A DNA stretch of 64,000 bases from positions 60,078,001-60,142,000 of the forward strand of contig OX597820.1 of NCBI GenBank assembly GCA_951406725.2. The letters run 5' to 3'. Under the pieces are notes generated by a model. The model was given only the letters and a program-made list of their open reading frames with translations. It searched no databases and had not been told where the DNA came from. The position numbers and the translations under genes are program-made. This DNA comes from Octopus vulgaris (Eukaryota). Below, one piece after another: positions 11,141 to 23,419 of this stretch; positions within the stretch are counted from its first letter, which is position 1, and the number at the start of each line of letters is the position of its first letter.

Positions 11141-11430
11141 AGTTATAAAATATGGTCTGAGTAGTGAAGGCATTCAATGTCAAAACATAATTCACTTAAC
11201 ATGCTAGTGGTATGTGGTTTAAATGATGGCCTCTGTTCCTTGTTCATAGCTGGTCTCATACCTCTTCCACTCAGGAATTCCGGACCTACTCATCTTTTTA
11301 CTTGATATCATTGTTGCACCTAAACTCCTAATCCTGCACAAATCACGAAACTCATTCACATCTCTACAGAATATCATCAACCTGGAATCTCCTTTCTGCT
11401 TGTGTTGATTTGCAACTGTTTGATTGGATA

Positions 11431-11935
11431 CCGTAAATCCTCGAGTATAATCTGCATTTTTTTCGCAAAATTTAAATGTCAAAATCCCTTGTGCGTACTA
11501 TATATGAGGTTAAAAATGAAAAATATTTTCTAAGCAATGTCTGAGTTTCTATTTGCTGTTCGGCAATGTTTATTCAGATGCATTTTGTGATGTTGGGAGT
11601 GAAAATACCTTAAGCTAAGCCTGAAAGCAATGAAATCATAAAAGAATCATCCATAACTTGCAGTAAGCAACATTTATTAAAATAAAAGTATTCAGAACAC
11701 AGAATAACACGTAACAAAAACAATTTGCAAACATATTTACATTCCCATATAACAGTTAAGAGTATCACCATTATTATATTACGCATGTGTGGAAGTGTTT
11801 GTTTGACTAGGTGCTACTGGCTTCATTACACACGACTCAAGTTAGAGAAGGGGGGCGTATTATACACAAGGTTTAGGTTTTTCAGAGGTACAGCCCTCTA
11901 AAAAAACCCTGCATATTATACTCAAGGATTTACGG
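11431..11935. mobile_element. pogo/Tc2-type MITE
   Basis: TIRs CCGTAAATCCTCGAGTATAA / TTATACTCAAGGATTTACGG (1 mismatch), with TA on both sides. Confidence 0.85.
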
Positions 11936-12097
11936 TAATTAATAGCTCCAAACTCACAAATCTCAAACACCTGAAAAGGTCATGGACACTACCCCTTCCA
12001 CCAGACTAAGTTTGTAAAAAAACAACAACAAAATTTAAACAATTATACTTTAAAATGTAAAATCTACTAGGAGTGAAAACAAAAAAAACTTTAGTAT

Positions 12098-12410
12098 CTT
12101 TTATTAGTTTCAGTCATTAGACTGTGGCCATCACCTTGAAGAATTCTTAGTTGAATGAGTCAACCCATTCTATCAGTTCCTTTTACTGAACTGCTAAGTT
12201 ATGAGGATGTAAACAAACACAGACACAAAAACCAATATATATGTAGAGATGATGGGCTTCTTTTCAGTTTCTGTCTACTATATCCACTCACAAATCTTTG
12301 GTTGGCCCAGGGCTATAGTGGAAGACACTTGCACAAGGTGTCATGCAGTAAGACTGAACCCAGAACCATGTGGTTGGGAAGCTAGTTCCTTACCACACAG
12401 CCATGCCTGC
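12098..12410 (-). mobile_element. SINE family A, degenerate
   Basis: Reverse-complement match to family A (gggcttcttttcagtttctgtctac..., gaacccagaaccatgtggttgggaagc). Confidence 0.8.
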
Positions 12411-12957
12411 ATGTTGTCTATAGTGTAAAATTTAAACTCAGAAATCAGAATTTGGAATATGAGATACTTTGGGGGCTGACTTATTTGAGATTAAGTTTTA
12501 ATGTTCTGTCTCTCTGTTTATATGTGTATGTATGTGTGATGTCTCTCTCTATCAGTGTGCGTATATTTGTGCATGAGTGTTTTTGCCTCCAGTGGCAAAA
12601 CAGGTTGAATGCCCAGTAATGTTCTGAATCGTCATTCTATACAATTTGTTAGAAACAATAGTACAGCTTCAAGGAAATTCAATGTTGTTCAGAGCAACAT
12701 TTGGCTGTGGACAAAGAGCCAGGTCCAACACAACATAAAATGCTAAGCAGTAACCAATGTTTAGGAGAAAGTAAGATTACTATCCAGAATTAAAAAATGA
12801 ATTGTCTGAATGGATTTAAGACTAGAAGGAAAAAGAAATACATTCTAACAACACTGCATGTCAGGTTATTGGCAGAATCAAACTAAATAAAAAAGAAAGG
12901 TTGCAGAATCTGATTTTTGATGATTTAATTCTTAGAGATAAACTCATTTTGTGAACA

Positions 12958-13330
12958 GGTGCAGGAATGACTGTGTGGTAAGTAGCTTTCTTCCCAACCA
13001 CATGGTTCCGGGTTCAGTCCCACTGTATTGCACCTTGGGCAAATGTCTTCTACATTAGCCTTGGGCTGACCAAAGCCTTGTGAGTGGATTTGGTAGATGG
13101 AAACTGAAAGAAGCCTATCATATAAATATATGTGCGTCTGTGTTTGTCGCCCCACCATCGCTTGACAACCGATGATGGTGTGTTTGCATTCCCATAACTT
13201 AGCAGTTTGGCAAAATAAACCGATAGAATAAGCACTCGGCTTACAAAGAATAAGTCCTGGGGTTGATTTGTTCAACTAAAGGCGGTGCTCCAGCATGGCC
13301 ACCGTCAAAGTACAAACAAATAAAAGAATG
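12958..13330 (+). mobile_element. SINE family A
   Basis: Full head, body and tail match to 7422-7810. Confidence 0.88.
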
Positions 13331-13539
13331 AACTCTTATTAACATTTGCTATTTTTTTCACTCAATAACTTTTAAGCTAAAGTTATGGTAGCAAATGCAG
13401 GAATCATGCCAGTTTTAGTGTTCATACCATAGTTTTTTTTTTATATCCATAGATGTGCTTTGTATGCTTTTGAAGTTGTTGTTTCTACAACCTGAGGCAT
13501 CTGCAAACTCACACAGAAGCTCTGAAACAACCCATCTAT

Positions 13540-14435
13540 AAGTTAAATTTCACAGATTATAGTGCTCTTGTCCACAGACAGACAGCTCTGCAATGCATCA
13601 TCCCTTGCTTTGCAGAAGCTGTCTGGGACTTAGGCCTAGAAGCTAGTTTAAACAAAACAGAAGTCCTCCATCAACCTATACCACCCCTTCACATCACCAT
13701 TAGGGAGAATGAAATAAAGACAGTCAACTAATTTATCTACTTTGGGCACTCCATCTCATGATACTAAGAATCAACATGGAAGCCGACAATAGACTGGCCG
13801 AAGTAAACAGTGCATCCATGGACTTGTACAATGTCTGGAACAATAACCATGAGGAAGGGAACCAAGATCAGTGAGTACAGAACCATTGTTCCAACCATAT
13901 TCTTGTATGACTTGTGAGCCATCTATTGGCACCACCTACAACTTATTGAGCAATTCAATCAGTGCTTCTTTTACATTATCCTTAACATCCAGTGACATGA
14001 CTGTCTAACATTGAGATCCAAGAGCAGGTGGGGGTCACCAGTAGCAAAGCAACACTGTTGAATACAGCTAATGCTGGGTGGGTCACATCACTGACTTCTT
14101 AACATCATGTCATATGGTGAACTCTTCTCTGGTTACTGATAGAGGAGCACCAAAGAAGAGGTACAAAGACTCCCTAAAAAAAAAAAATCTCTGGGTGCCT
14201 GCCACATTGATCATCACCATTAGTCTGGTCTTGCTGTTGATTATGAAGCCTGGTATCTCACTGTCCCCTGGGCAATACCTTCATTTGAAGTCACCTACAG
14301 GACCAGCCTTACTGACAAAAAAAAAAAAAAGGGAAAACAAGGAAACAACCATCCCTGTTTATCCTGAATTAGACTTAGTGGGTATCAGCAAGCCTGCAAC
14401 AGACACACTCCACTCTGTAAACCTTCGTTCATAAT
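13540..14435 (+). mobile_element. Degenerate RTE-clade LINE 3' fragment
   Basis: Translates to LQCIIPCFAEAVWDLGLEASLNKTEVLHQP..., EADNRLAEVNSA and DRGAPKKRYKDSLKK, typical of the RTE ORF C-terminal half. Many stops. Confidence 0.75.
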
Positions 14436-15661
14436 CTTCAGAGATTGTATTGCACTAGTGCAAATATATATATAACATTGGATTATCAGTTTGACATAAA
14501 GTTTCTTCTCATGTATGTTTTACATTGTTATGGAACATACGGAGTAATCAGTTAGGTACCATATGGTATAATAAGCACTTTGATGACGTATTTATACACA
14601 TTAGTGGAACATTCCTATCAAAACTTCTAAGTGCAAACATAACAGAATGAAAACCATTGTTTGAGATGTACTAGAAAAGTATTTACTGTCACAGAAGCCA
14701 GCTGTGCTACTGATGTGAATCTCTCTTCAAAAATCAAAAAAGATAAAGAATAACCACAGACAACCGTTCCACATTTAATATAATATTTTTTAAGGTCTTT
14801 GTTTGCAGTATCCAGTTCTTTACTTAAATAAAGTTACTTTACATCGGCATTAAATTTAGAAGCTGTTTCTAAACCGTACTTCATTATTATTAAGACTATC
14901 ACAAGTATAGTGAAATTCACAAAACAGCCTGTCCTATATTTATCTGTCTGCATATGATGAACACAAGCTGGTTAAGATAGAGCCCTCACAACTTGAACAG
15001 TCTGACACTCATGACTAATTGTAACACCTCATAGCTTTAACTGCTTTCTGGATCTTACATTTACATCTAACTTGCTTAACATCCACTATATGGTCCCATC
15101 TAAAAGCACTGGTTAAGAACTGCTCCTGCTATTGCTGTTCCAAAAAATACAAGTTCTTTTATTAAAGTTTCTAATACAGAGTGAAATGGCATTTTATCCA
15201 AGATATTACTTTTACTTTCATGATATGGTGTATCAGCTTGAGTTGCATATTTCCAGTTGTAGCAGTTGATAACAAGGCTAATAGATATTCAATGAACATT
15301 ATTCTCAACCTTTAGCATTCTTTACTCACTGATAAACTTAAGAAATAATTAGCATTATTATATGCTGTTTGCATTCAACATCTCAGTGACAATTCTTGAA
15401 GAATCAGTACCATTCTTTGCATTTCCTTGTAAATGCTTTACTTACCCTCAGCTTAGGCTATGTCTGAGATTATACAATATAGTTAGTCTTCAATTTAATA
15501 ACAGATAATACATTCATGGTAAAATTCTTAATTCAAACATCTGAACAACAGAAAAGCTTGGTATCTCTTGTGGAGTCAAAATTAAATGAAAATCACTCCA
15601 CCACCCACTAAATAAAGCAAACATTGATACAGTCATTTTATTTTCAAATAATTTCATACAT

Positions 15662-15671
15662 TTTATTTATT
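15662..15671 (-). promoter_or_regulatory. Putative polyadenylation signal of ZNF gene 2
   Basis: Within ttttcaaataatttcatacattttatttattctt, which is identical to the block at ~1690-1723. Confidence 0.5.
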
Positions 15672-16729
15672 CTTCAGTCTTTGCATTCTATTTGTTATAT
15701 ATATATATATATATTCTTTTTCTTTGGCATTATATAATTTTGAAGATATTTTCATGAAAAACAAGCTTTCAAAGGATAAACCTTACATCAATTAATTTTC
15801 AAAATACACATTTGTTGTTAGCAATTAATGGCAATGAAATTATGATAAATGTAAGTATATAATCAAACTAATTATTAAAGTTAATCCAAAGTAAACTAAT
15901 TGGAAATGCAACAACACATTTTCGAACATTAATTGGACACATGGCTTCATGTATTTATATAAAATATAATCAGAAGTTACACTACATTCATAAGAATTGA
16001 TCAAGTAAATGGCTACAGAAACACATACAAGCTTAAGCACAGGATCCTTAGGTGAATCACTGATACTATATTGGAGGGTTCAGGATCAAAGTTTATAAAA
16101 ATAACTGCTAACTTCTGTCAGCCCAAGAGGGAAAAGTGAAATGGCTGGAATAATGTAACATGAAAATATTTCAAAGGGGTAAAAGACACATTTATGGAAT
16201 TTATAATGGATAATTCTTTTAAAACCGCAAGTATTTGTGATGTCAAATGACAAGGTTCAAGAACGATGAAACTTTGAATTTATTCTATTCAAATTTCATA
16301 AAACACTCCATTTTCCCACTTTTACCATAGATACCACCTATATCAATGTTCATGAACAGTTAATATACTGTTTAGTGAAAATGTTACACTGTGCATATTG
16401 CTGTATAGTTATCAATTCCACGAATAAGTTTGTAGTCAAATCAAGTGTATTCCAAGTAAATTTTCACCACAAATACCACAATGATATGAGAACACCATAC
16501 AGCAAATGAGTTCATTCTTGTTACAAGATTACATTTAGTCATCCTTTGAAATTGGGGTAAAGATTTCTATAAGTTCATGCAGGTCTGACATTTTCAGGAA
16601 CATATTTTCAATCTAAATCAAATTCAGCCCAGCACACTGTCTAGTTTTAATACTTTATTGTCAAATCTAGACTACTTGATGGATTAATTTCGTACACAAT
16701 ATTTATTCCATCTGAGTAAAGGAGAAATG

Positions 16730-17950
16730 CAGACATCAGGCACCTGAAGGCTATGTTCACAGCAAAAATGTAGGCCAAACAAGAATTCCAGTATGTTGCA
16801 GTTCAGGGAAGGATTGGGTGTAGTGTTTAGAACAAGATCACCATAGGAAATTATTTTAGGGACTTTGATGGATTTTACTTATGTGTTGTCCATAACTAGA
16901 TGAGGTGAAGTACAAGACTGATACTTTGATTTGTGTTTATATGATGTTGAAACAGACTAGAGTGTTACATTCTAATTGATGGACATTTTCAAGAGCCCTG
17001 TGCAAAAAGGTAAAGCAGGTTTGGTGTAAAATATTTAGGTTGTGCACCAATGTTAATGTATATAGAAGTTTCAAGGGTTAGTGTAGAATCATATGTATAG
17101 AGATGACATCGAGACAATCTCAATTATAACAGACCGAAAGTATAAGCTCAGGACTGAAGAGAGTATTATCAGCAAAGGTCTGACAAGAAGTCTATGATAG
17201 AGATGTAAACTAGAGTTGGGGTAATTTAGCTAAAATGTTTTCATACAAACATGTTTGAGGAATTTGCTGATTTCAAGTACCACAACAGTGCTTTCACCAG
17301 AATTCCAAAGAACAAGAACTGGTGAATAATGAAGGAAAGCAAGTCTCCAGTTGATCTAGATCAAAACAATGAGTTGTCAGAGAAAGTGGTTTACAACTGT
17401 TTCTATTCATCAGTTCTCGAGATAGTGGAGAGAGCATTATAAATATAGGTCTGTAGTCAATGGGGCCTGAAGTTACCCATTTTCAGCAATGCACCCAGTC
17501 ACATGCTTTCATGGACTGAGAGCTTGTGTGTGTGAGAGTGAGAGATTGAATCGTTTAACAAGGACAGAATAGGTGCTTTGCTTGAGAGGGATGGAAAGAA
17601 TAAAGTCAGGACTAGTTATTTCAATTAAATCATCAGATATTTGAATGTGAATATTGTGTGAATATAGTGGTGAAACTAGAAGGAAAATTGCAGGGAGTTT
17701 TGTTTGGCATATAGTGTGGAGTTATATAAGTGATGCAAGGAGAAAATATATAGCTTTTACAACTGATGTGCTGCTTATAAAGTTATTTTCCTGAGGATTC
17801 TATGTAGCCAGAAGAGACTCTCTTGGTAAGAGACCAGAAAACTCTGCTGCAGTCTGGGAGGGAAGAAAACATCCAGGCTATGTCATGCACAAAGACAACT
17901 TTCTGCTTTACTTAGAGCAATTCCCAAAATGGAGTTGTTGCTGTTGTTGT
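16730..17950 (-). mobile_element. Degenerate LINE RT fossil in the putative 3' UTR of ZNF gene 2, at the same position as 2780-3960 in gene 1
   Basis: Minus strand near 17220-17300 gives GESTVVVLEISK.. followed by remnants of ENILAKLP. Shares caggctatgtcatgcacaaagaca (17874 vs 3897) and ttacccatttt with the gene 1 copy. Confidence 0.6.
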
Positions 17951-18336
17951 TGGTGGCTTATTCTATGTTTTACAGGCAGAGTTCTTTGTGCAACAAAGCT
18001 TTGAGTAAACAATGTGGAGATTCTGAACTTCAAGGGAACTGGTTGTATGAAAGATCTGGAGGGATATACCAAAGAGGTCAGTTTCAATCACTCAGAGTTG
18101 GGATGGAGGCGGAAAAGAGGAAGACATGGACTGAAACAGATTTTTTTTTTATTCAATAATGAAGTTAATACTGGCAAGTATTGGCCACATCAAAATTTTT
18201 GGTTAACAACATGATTAGTTTAGCAATGTGTTTCAGCAGAGGTAGTAGTTATAGCTTTAATGTATTGCAAAAAATGGATAGCTATCATGTGTTAACATAT
18301 ATTAATGAGCCAGCTCCAATACTGTACAGAGTATAA

Positions 18337-20025
18337 TTACTCTATTGCATGAACATGCTGGTGAATACATAAAGTAGATTTGTGTGTGAATTCTTTACCA
18401 CATTTATCACATTTAAATAATGGCTTATCTTCTGTTTGAATACATTTATGTTCAGTCAAAGTTATATTATCAGAAAATGTCTTACCGCAAGCATCACACG
18501 TATATAATTTTTCTTTTGTGTGAATACGTTTGTGAAGTGTCAAATATTCACTTCGAGAGAAAGCTTTACCACATGTATCACAGTGGTATGGTTTCTCACC
18601 TGTGTGAATACGTTTGTGCTTAATTATATATCGTTTCTGGGCAAATATTTTACCACAGACATCACACTGGAATGGTTTTATACCGGTGTGAATGTGCTTG
18701 TGGATAGTTAAATCTTCACGTGTAGAGAAATTTTGATCACAGATATCACAGTGATATGAGTGCGACCCTGAGTGAATGTGTTTGTGCCTCACTAAATATC
18801 TCTTTTTCAAAAATATTTTACCACAGATATCACACTGGTGTACAGTTTCTGCGTGACTAACTTTATGAGTTGCTAAAATCTCCATTGTAGAGAACATTTT
18901 ACCACAGGTATCACACTGGTAAGGTTTCTGAATGGTGTGAATACGTTTGTGACGAGTTAAATCTCCGTTTATAGAGAATGCTTTGCCACAGACATCACAG
19001 TGGTATGGTTTCTCACGTGTGTGAACAGTTCGATGATTGCTTAAATGTGCATTTTGAGAGAATGCTTTATGACAGATTTCACACTGGTATGGTTTCTCAT
19101 TTGAATGAATACGTTTATGAGATGATAAATTTCCAGTTGTTGAGAAAGTCTTACCACAGATATTACACTCGTATGGCCTCTCACCTGTATGTTTACGCTT
19201 ATGACACGTTAGATTTGCACTTCCAGAGAATGCTTTACCACAAACATCACATTCATATGGTTTTTCCCCAGTATGAATACGTGTATGACGTTTCAAGTAA
19301 TCTTTACGAGAGAATGTTTTATCACAAATATCACAGTGGAAGGGTTTCTCTCCTGTGTGAATAAGTTTATGAGAAGTTAAATACCCACTCTGAGAGAATG
19401 TTTTGCCACATACATCACATTCGTATGGTCTTTCTTTGGTGTGAACACGTTTATGGATAACTAATGGTTTATTTTTGGAAAATGCTTTGCCACAGACATC
19501 ACATTCAAATGGTTTCTCATTGAGGTGAGTGCGTTTATGGTTAATTAATGTTTTACTTTTAGCAAATGCTTTACCACAGGTATGGCAACGGTAAGGTTTC
19601 TTCTCTGTATGAGTGCGTTTATGAGATGCCAATTTCCCAAGGGCTTTGAATGTTTTGCCACAGATATCACAGTGGAATGCATTTTCTGCAGTGTGGATAC
19701 GATTGTGGCGGGTTAAATTGTTTTTCTGTGAGAATGTTTTCCTACAGATATCACACTGATATGGTTTGTCACCTGTGTGGGTAGACTTATGACGAGTTAA
19801 TTTTGAACGGACATTGAATATTTTACCACAGATATCACAGTGATATGGTTTTCTGTCTGTGTGGATATGTTTGTGATTATTCAAACTTTCAATATCAGAG
19901 AATATTAGTAAACAGACATCACAGGTGTATAATTTCTTTGCTACACCTAACTGTGCCTCATCAGTTGTATCTTTTTTCTCAGATTTTATTTCAGTAAGAA
20001 CCTGATTCTCAGATGTGTCCTCCAT
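18337..20025 (-). CDS. C2H2 zinc-finger array protein, 562 aa, 19 finger units (finger 18 degenerate); paralogue of 4347-6269
   Basis: Open ORF. The first ATG (MEDTS) at 20025 aligns with MEETV of gene 1, whereas the track start at 20043 is TTG. Same CLLIFSD first finger and HQHVHA(I/V)E C-terminus. Confidence 0.95.
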   Translation of the reverse strand: MEDTSENQVLTEIKSEKKDTTDEAQLGVAKKLYTCDVCLLIFSDIESLNNHKHIHTDRKPYHCDICGKIFNVRSKLTRHKSTHTGDKPYQCDICRKTFSQKNNLTRHNRIHTAENAFHCDICGKTFKALGKLASHKRTHTEKKPYRCHTCGKAFAKSKTLINHKRTHLNEKPFECDVCGKAFSKNKPLVIHKRVHTKERPYECDVCGKTFSQSGYLTSHKLIHTGEKPFHCDICDKTFSRKDYLKRHTRIHTGEKPYECDVCGKAFSGSANLTCHKRKHTGERPYECNICGKTFSTTGNLSSHKRIHSNEKPYQCEICHKAFSQNAHLSNHRTVHTREKPYHCDVCGKAFSINGDLTRHKRIHTIQKPYQCDTCGKMFSTMEILATHKVSHAETVHQCDICGKIFLKKRYLVRHKHIHSGSHSYHCDICDQNFSTREDLTIHKHIHTGIKPFQCDVCGKIFAQKRYIIKHKRIHTGEKPYHCDTCGKAFSRSEYLTLHKRIHTKEKLYTCDACGKTFSDNITLTEHKCIQTEDKPLFKCDKCGKEFTHKSTLCIHQHVHAIE

Positions 20026-21089
20026 GTTGTCTCTCAAATACAAATGTGATTCCTTTCTTTACATAACATATAAATTACTTGAAGGTTATATAAGTGATGT
20101 CATAATACATGATAATGTCATTCTTCATTTATGTGGGTGAGAAGTTTCCTGAAATGAAATAAAACAGCATAAGAAAAGAAAAAGAGTAAAACAAACAAAG
20201 GTTACTAGAGACAAATAGATTGGACAAAAGATAATGTTAAAACAACAAAGTTAATAAAATAAATTACAGAGCTACAATAATACAAACATAAAACTTAATT
20301 ATAGAAGTGTTTGTTGTAATAATGGTAAAGCAGGAAATGACAGATGCTAATTTTAGGAAGCCAAAGATGTCAGGTTGTCAGTTTGTACTTGAAGAAGGTC
20401 AATTGTGCATAATATGATCTAGGATGATAATGGACAACAAACAAGAGATAAAATGAGCAATTATCTTTAAAGAGAAAATACAGGAATATCCTCCAAAATA
20501 TACATAACAAATGTAAAGAAGATTTAGAAACCAAATACCTCTGTACACATCATTAGGCTGGTGTATGTCACTCACAGATAATTCTCATAAAGACATATTT
20601 GTATGGCAGTCAAATAAATATCACTATTGTAAGATACCTTGTCAAGCCATGAACATTTTGTTACAAAATCTTTATGACAAGTGCATCATAATTTGCATGC
20701 ATTGGTCTTAGCTCAAAGATTTGTGTTATACAGAAATATAATGGAGATATGGTTTAAAAAGAATGGTCACAGGAAATAATGTCAGGATAGTTATTTTCTT
20801 TAATGATCCATATTGGGTTCTTGGACACTTTAAGCTGCATCATAGGCAACTCATCAAATGGAGCAGTAAGTAAATAAGAAATGACAAAGAGTAAAGGGAA
20901 TACTCAACCATTTTACATCGTTTGACTGGGTGCATTTTAATGAGCCACCAAAAGAGAAGATTTTAATACAGGCAAAATGTCCTGGTACAGAAACAATAAC
21001 ACCAAAAAGGAAGCCATTACAAGGTCTTATTACCTGCCAGAATCAGCAGCCAAATATTCCTCAAATCACACACTACCTTCTTAAAAAAA

Positions 21090-21671
21090 TAGGAGTGGCT
21101 GTGTGGTAAGTAGCTTGCTTACCAACCACATGGTTCCAGGTTCAGTCCCACTGCGTGGCACCTTGAGCAAGTGTCTTCTACTATAGCCTTGGGCCGACCA
21201 AAGCCTTGAGAGTGGATTTGATAGACGGAAACTGAAAGAAGCCCGTCATATATATATCATCATCATCATCGTTTAGTGTCCGCTTTCCACGCTAGCATGG
21301 GTTGGACGGTTCAACTGGGGTCTGGGAAGCCAGAAGGCTGCACCAGGCCCAGACTGATCTGGCAATGTTTCTACGGCTGGATGCTCTTCTTAACGCCAAC
21401 CACTCCGTGAGTGTAGTGGGTGCTTTTTACGTGCCAGACGAGGCTGGCAAACGGCCACAATCGGATGGTGCCTTTTATGTATGTGTGTGTATGTGTTTGT
21501 CCCCCTAACATCGCTTGGTGTGTTTACGTCTCCGTAACTTAGCGGTTCGGAAAAAGAGACTGATAGAATAAGTACTAGGCTTACAAAGAATAAGTCCTGG
21601 GGTCGATTTGCTTGACTAATGGCGGTGCTCCAGCATGGCCACAGTCACATGACTGAAACAAGTAAAAGAGT
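21090..21671 (+). mobile_element. SINE family A with a family D element (21257-21478, minus strand) nested in its internal microsatellite
   Basis: Family A head and tail flank an antisense family D sequence that begins with (CAT)n. Confidence 0.85.
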
Positions 21672-22012
21672 ACATCTATTACACTGTCTGTATACAAGGT
21701 TGCATGGTTCACAGCTTGAATACTTTTGGGCTTAGGTCTTCTCAATCAGAGGATCTAGAGCTAAGCAACAACATCACTACTAAACTACTTTTCCATCACC
21801 ACCTTAACTGCAATTATTCCTGCTGACACCATCTTTTGCCCATACATCTAGCTATCACAACTACATGCTAAATAGTCCCTCAACTCTCCTCCAACAACTT
21901 AGCTTCTCATCATCAGAACACGATCAAGTATTAATGAACAAAATTACAACACCCTCTTTCAGACAACTAAAAGCCAAGGGAAACCACTTCATAAACACAA
22001 AAACTGATTTAA

Positions 22013-22232
22013 TCCGCTAATGTTCAGATTATTTTGTCAAATATATTGCTTATTTATTCACATTGCTTTGAATTGATCATACATTATTGCATAGCTTCAA
22101 GATTTCAATGGTGTGTTTCTATATATTGAGAATGACATTGCAGGGTAGGTGTGAGAGGTTGGATCTGGTCAGTTTTAACATAAAATAGGTAGAATATTTG
22201 GGTTGGATATAGGTGGATTAAATACTAAAGGG
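22013..22232. mobile_element. piggyBac-like MITE, degenerate
   Basis: TTAA on both sides. The right end aaatactaaaggg|ttaa imperfectly mirrors the left end ttaa|tccgctaatgtt. A similar right end lies at ~23345-23358. Confidence 0.45.
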
Positions 22233-22379
22233 TTAAGTTTTACAGAGCCCAACAAAGACACAGCACGTTCATTCAACAAAATAACTACAGACACCAACCC
22301 CATAAACATAGACCTTGAAAGCATGTTCTAATCTTCTAACAGGGATATGACAGTCTTTGTTCTATCAATACAAAGAAAA

Positions 22380-22920
22380 CACAAACACTGCTCATAAACA
22401 AAATATCACCATACCACAACTCCTTTAATCATGAGTTGCAGTCACAATAGCTCTTGAAGCCATCCCAAATGTTGAGTCACACCATCATTGAGGATCTCAC
22501 CTAGTATATCTTTAACAAAGCTAGGACCATATCTCCATACAAACCCGTCTTATCAGGCACATAAAATACTTTAGCTCTCAACAATTATTGATACCCTACA
22601 AAACTTAAGTGAGGCCCACAATGGATTGGGATCCAGAAAAAGGCCATCAGACTGATTTGTATGAAGTCATAGACACACACCAACTTCTAACCCACAAGCA
22701 TGCTGCCCGCTCTTCCGACCCTTTCCTTTTGCTATTAAAATGACCCTGGCTTCTTAAAGCTGGTTGGGTCCATGCCACTTTCACTCAGGCTTTCCATTCT
22801 ACTTAACTCTCTTCTTCTTACCCCCTTTGTTGAGTCCAGCCCCACCTCACATTAATCACTACACTCAGTTGTTCCTCACAATGTTGACCCCTGGAATTTC
22901 ATTGCTGCTCATATCTTAGA
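22380..22920 (+). mobile_element. Old LINE ORF2 C-terminal fragment
   Basis: Translates to QQLLIPYKT*VRPTM...IQKKAIRLI (cf. LYK..VRP.LEY...IQ.KA.RLI). Confidence 0.5.
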
Positions 22921-23419
22921 ATATACCTATGTGGTTTCTGCTTTTTTGAGCACACTAAACAACTATGTAAAGGATGGCCTGCCATTTGAGTTTATTGAAA
23001 AGACAGAGATTAAGGCTGAAATAAAATGAGGTAACGAGTATGTATCTAATAATTAGTGTGAGCATTCTACTCACCTTTCTACAAAGATTTCTTTCAGAGA
23101 ATTTTCCTAAGCAAAATGAGAGAATCAACCCCTGAGTAATCAAACTGGCCATATCATGCCTTTCAGATGTACCCTACAATGTCATTCTGAAAGCAAACAA
23201 TTACATCATCAAAATCTTGAAGATACAACATGACGCATCATCATCATCATCGTTTAACGTCCGTTCTCCATGCTAGCATGGGTTGGATGATTAATTTAAT
23301 TTAATGTCAATAAATAAACATAAGATTTGGCAGAGTAATCTGATTGTTAAAGGGTTAAATCATCAACTTCTTTTGTTCAACTGTTTTTCATTCCTGAATT
23401 TTGACATAGGTATCATGCA

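Noticed and set aside
14950-15430. Possible very old LINE remnants (also 20480-20850 and 60480-61050)
   Set aside because: Only faint motif resemblance with many stops. Too degraded to support without a profile search.
20025-20043. N-terminal extension MYLRDN of ZNF gene 2
   Set aside because: The track start is TTG. The ATG at 20025 aligns with the paralogue's start.
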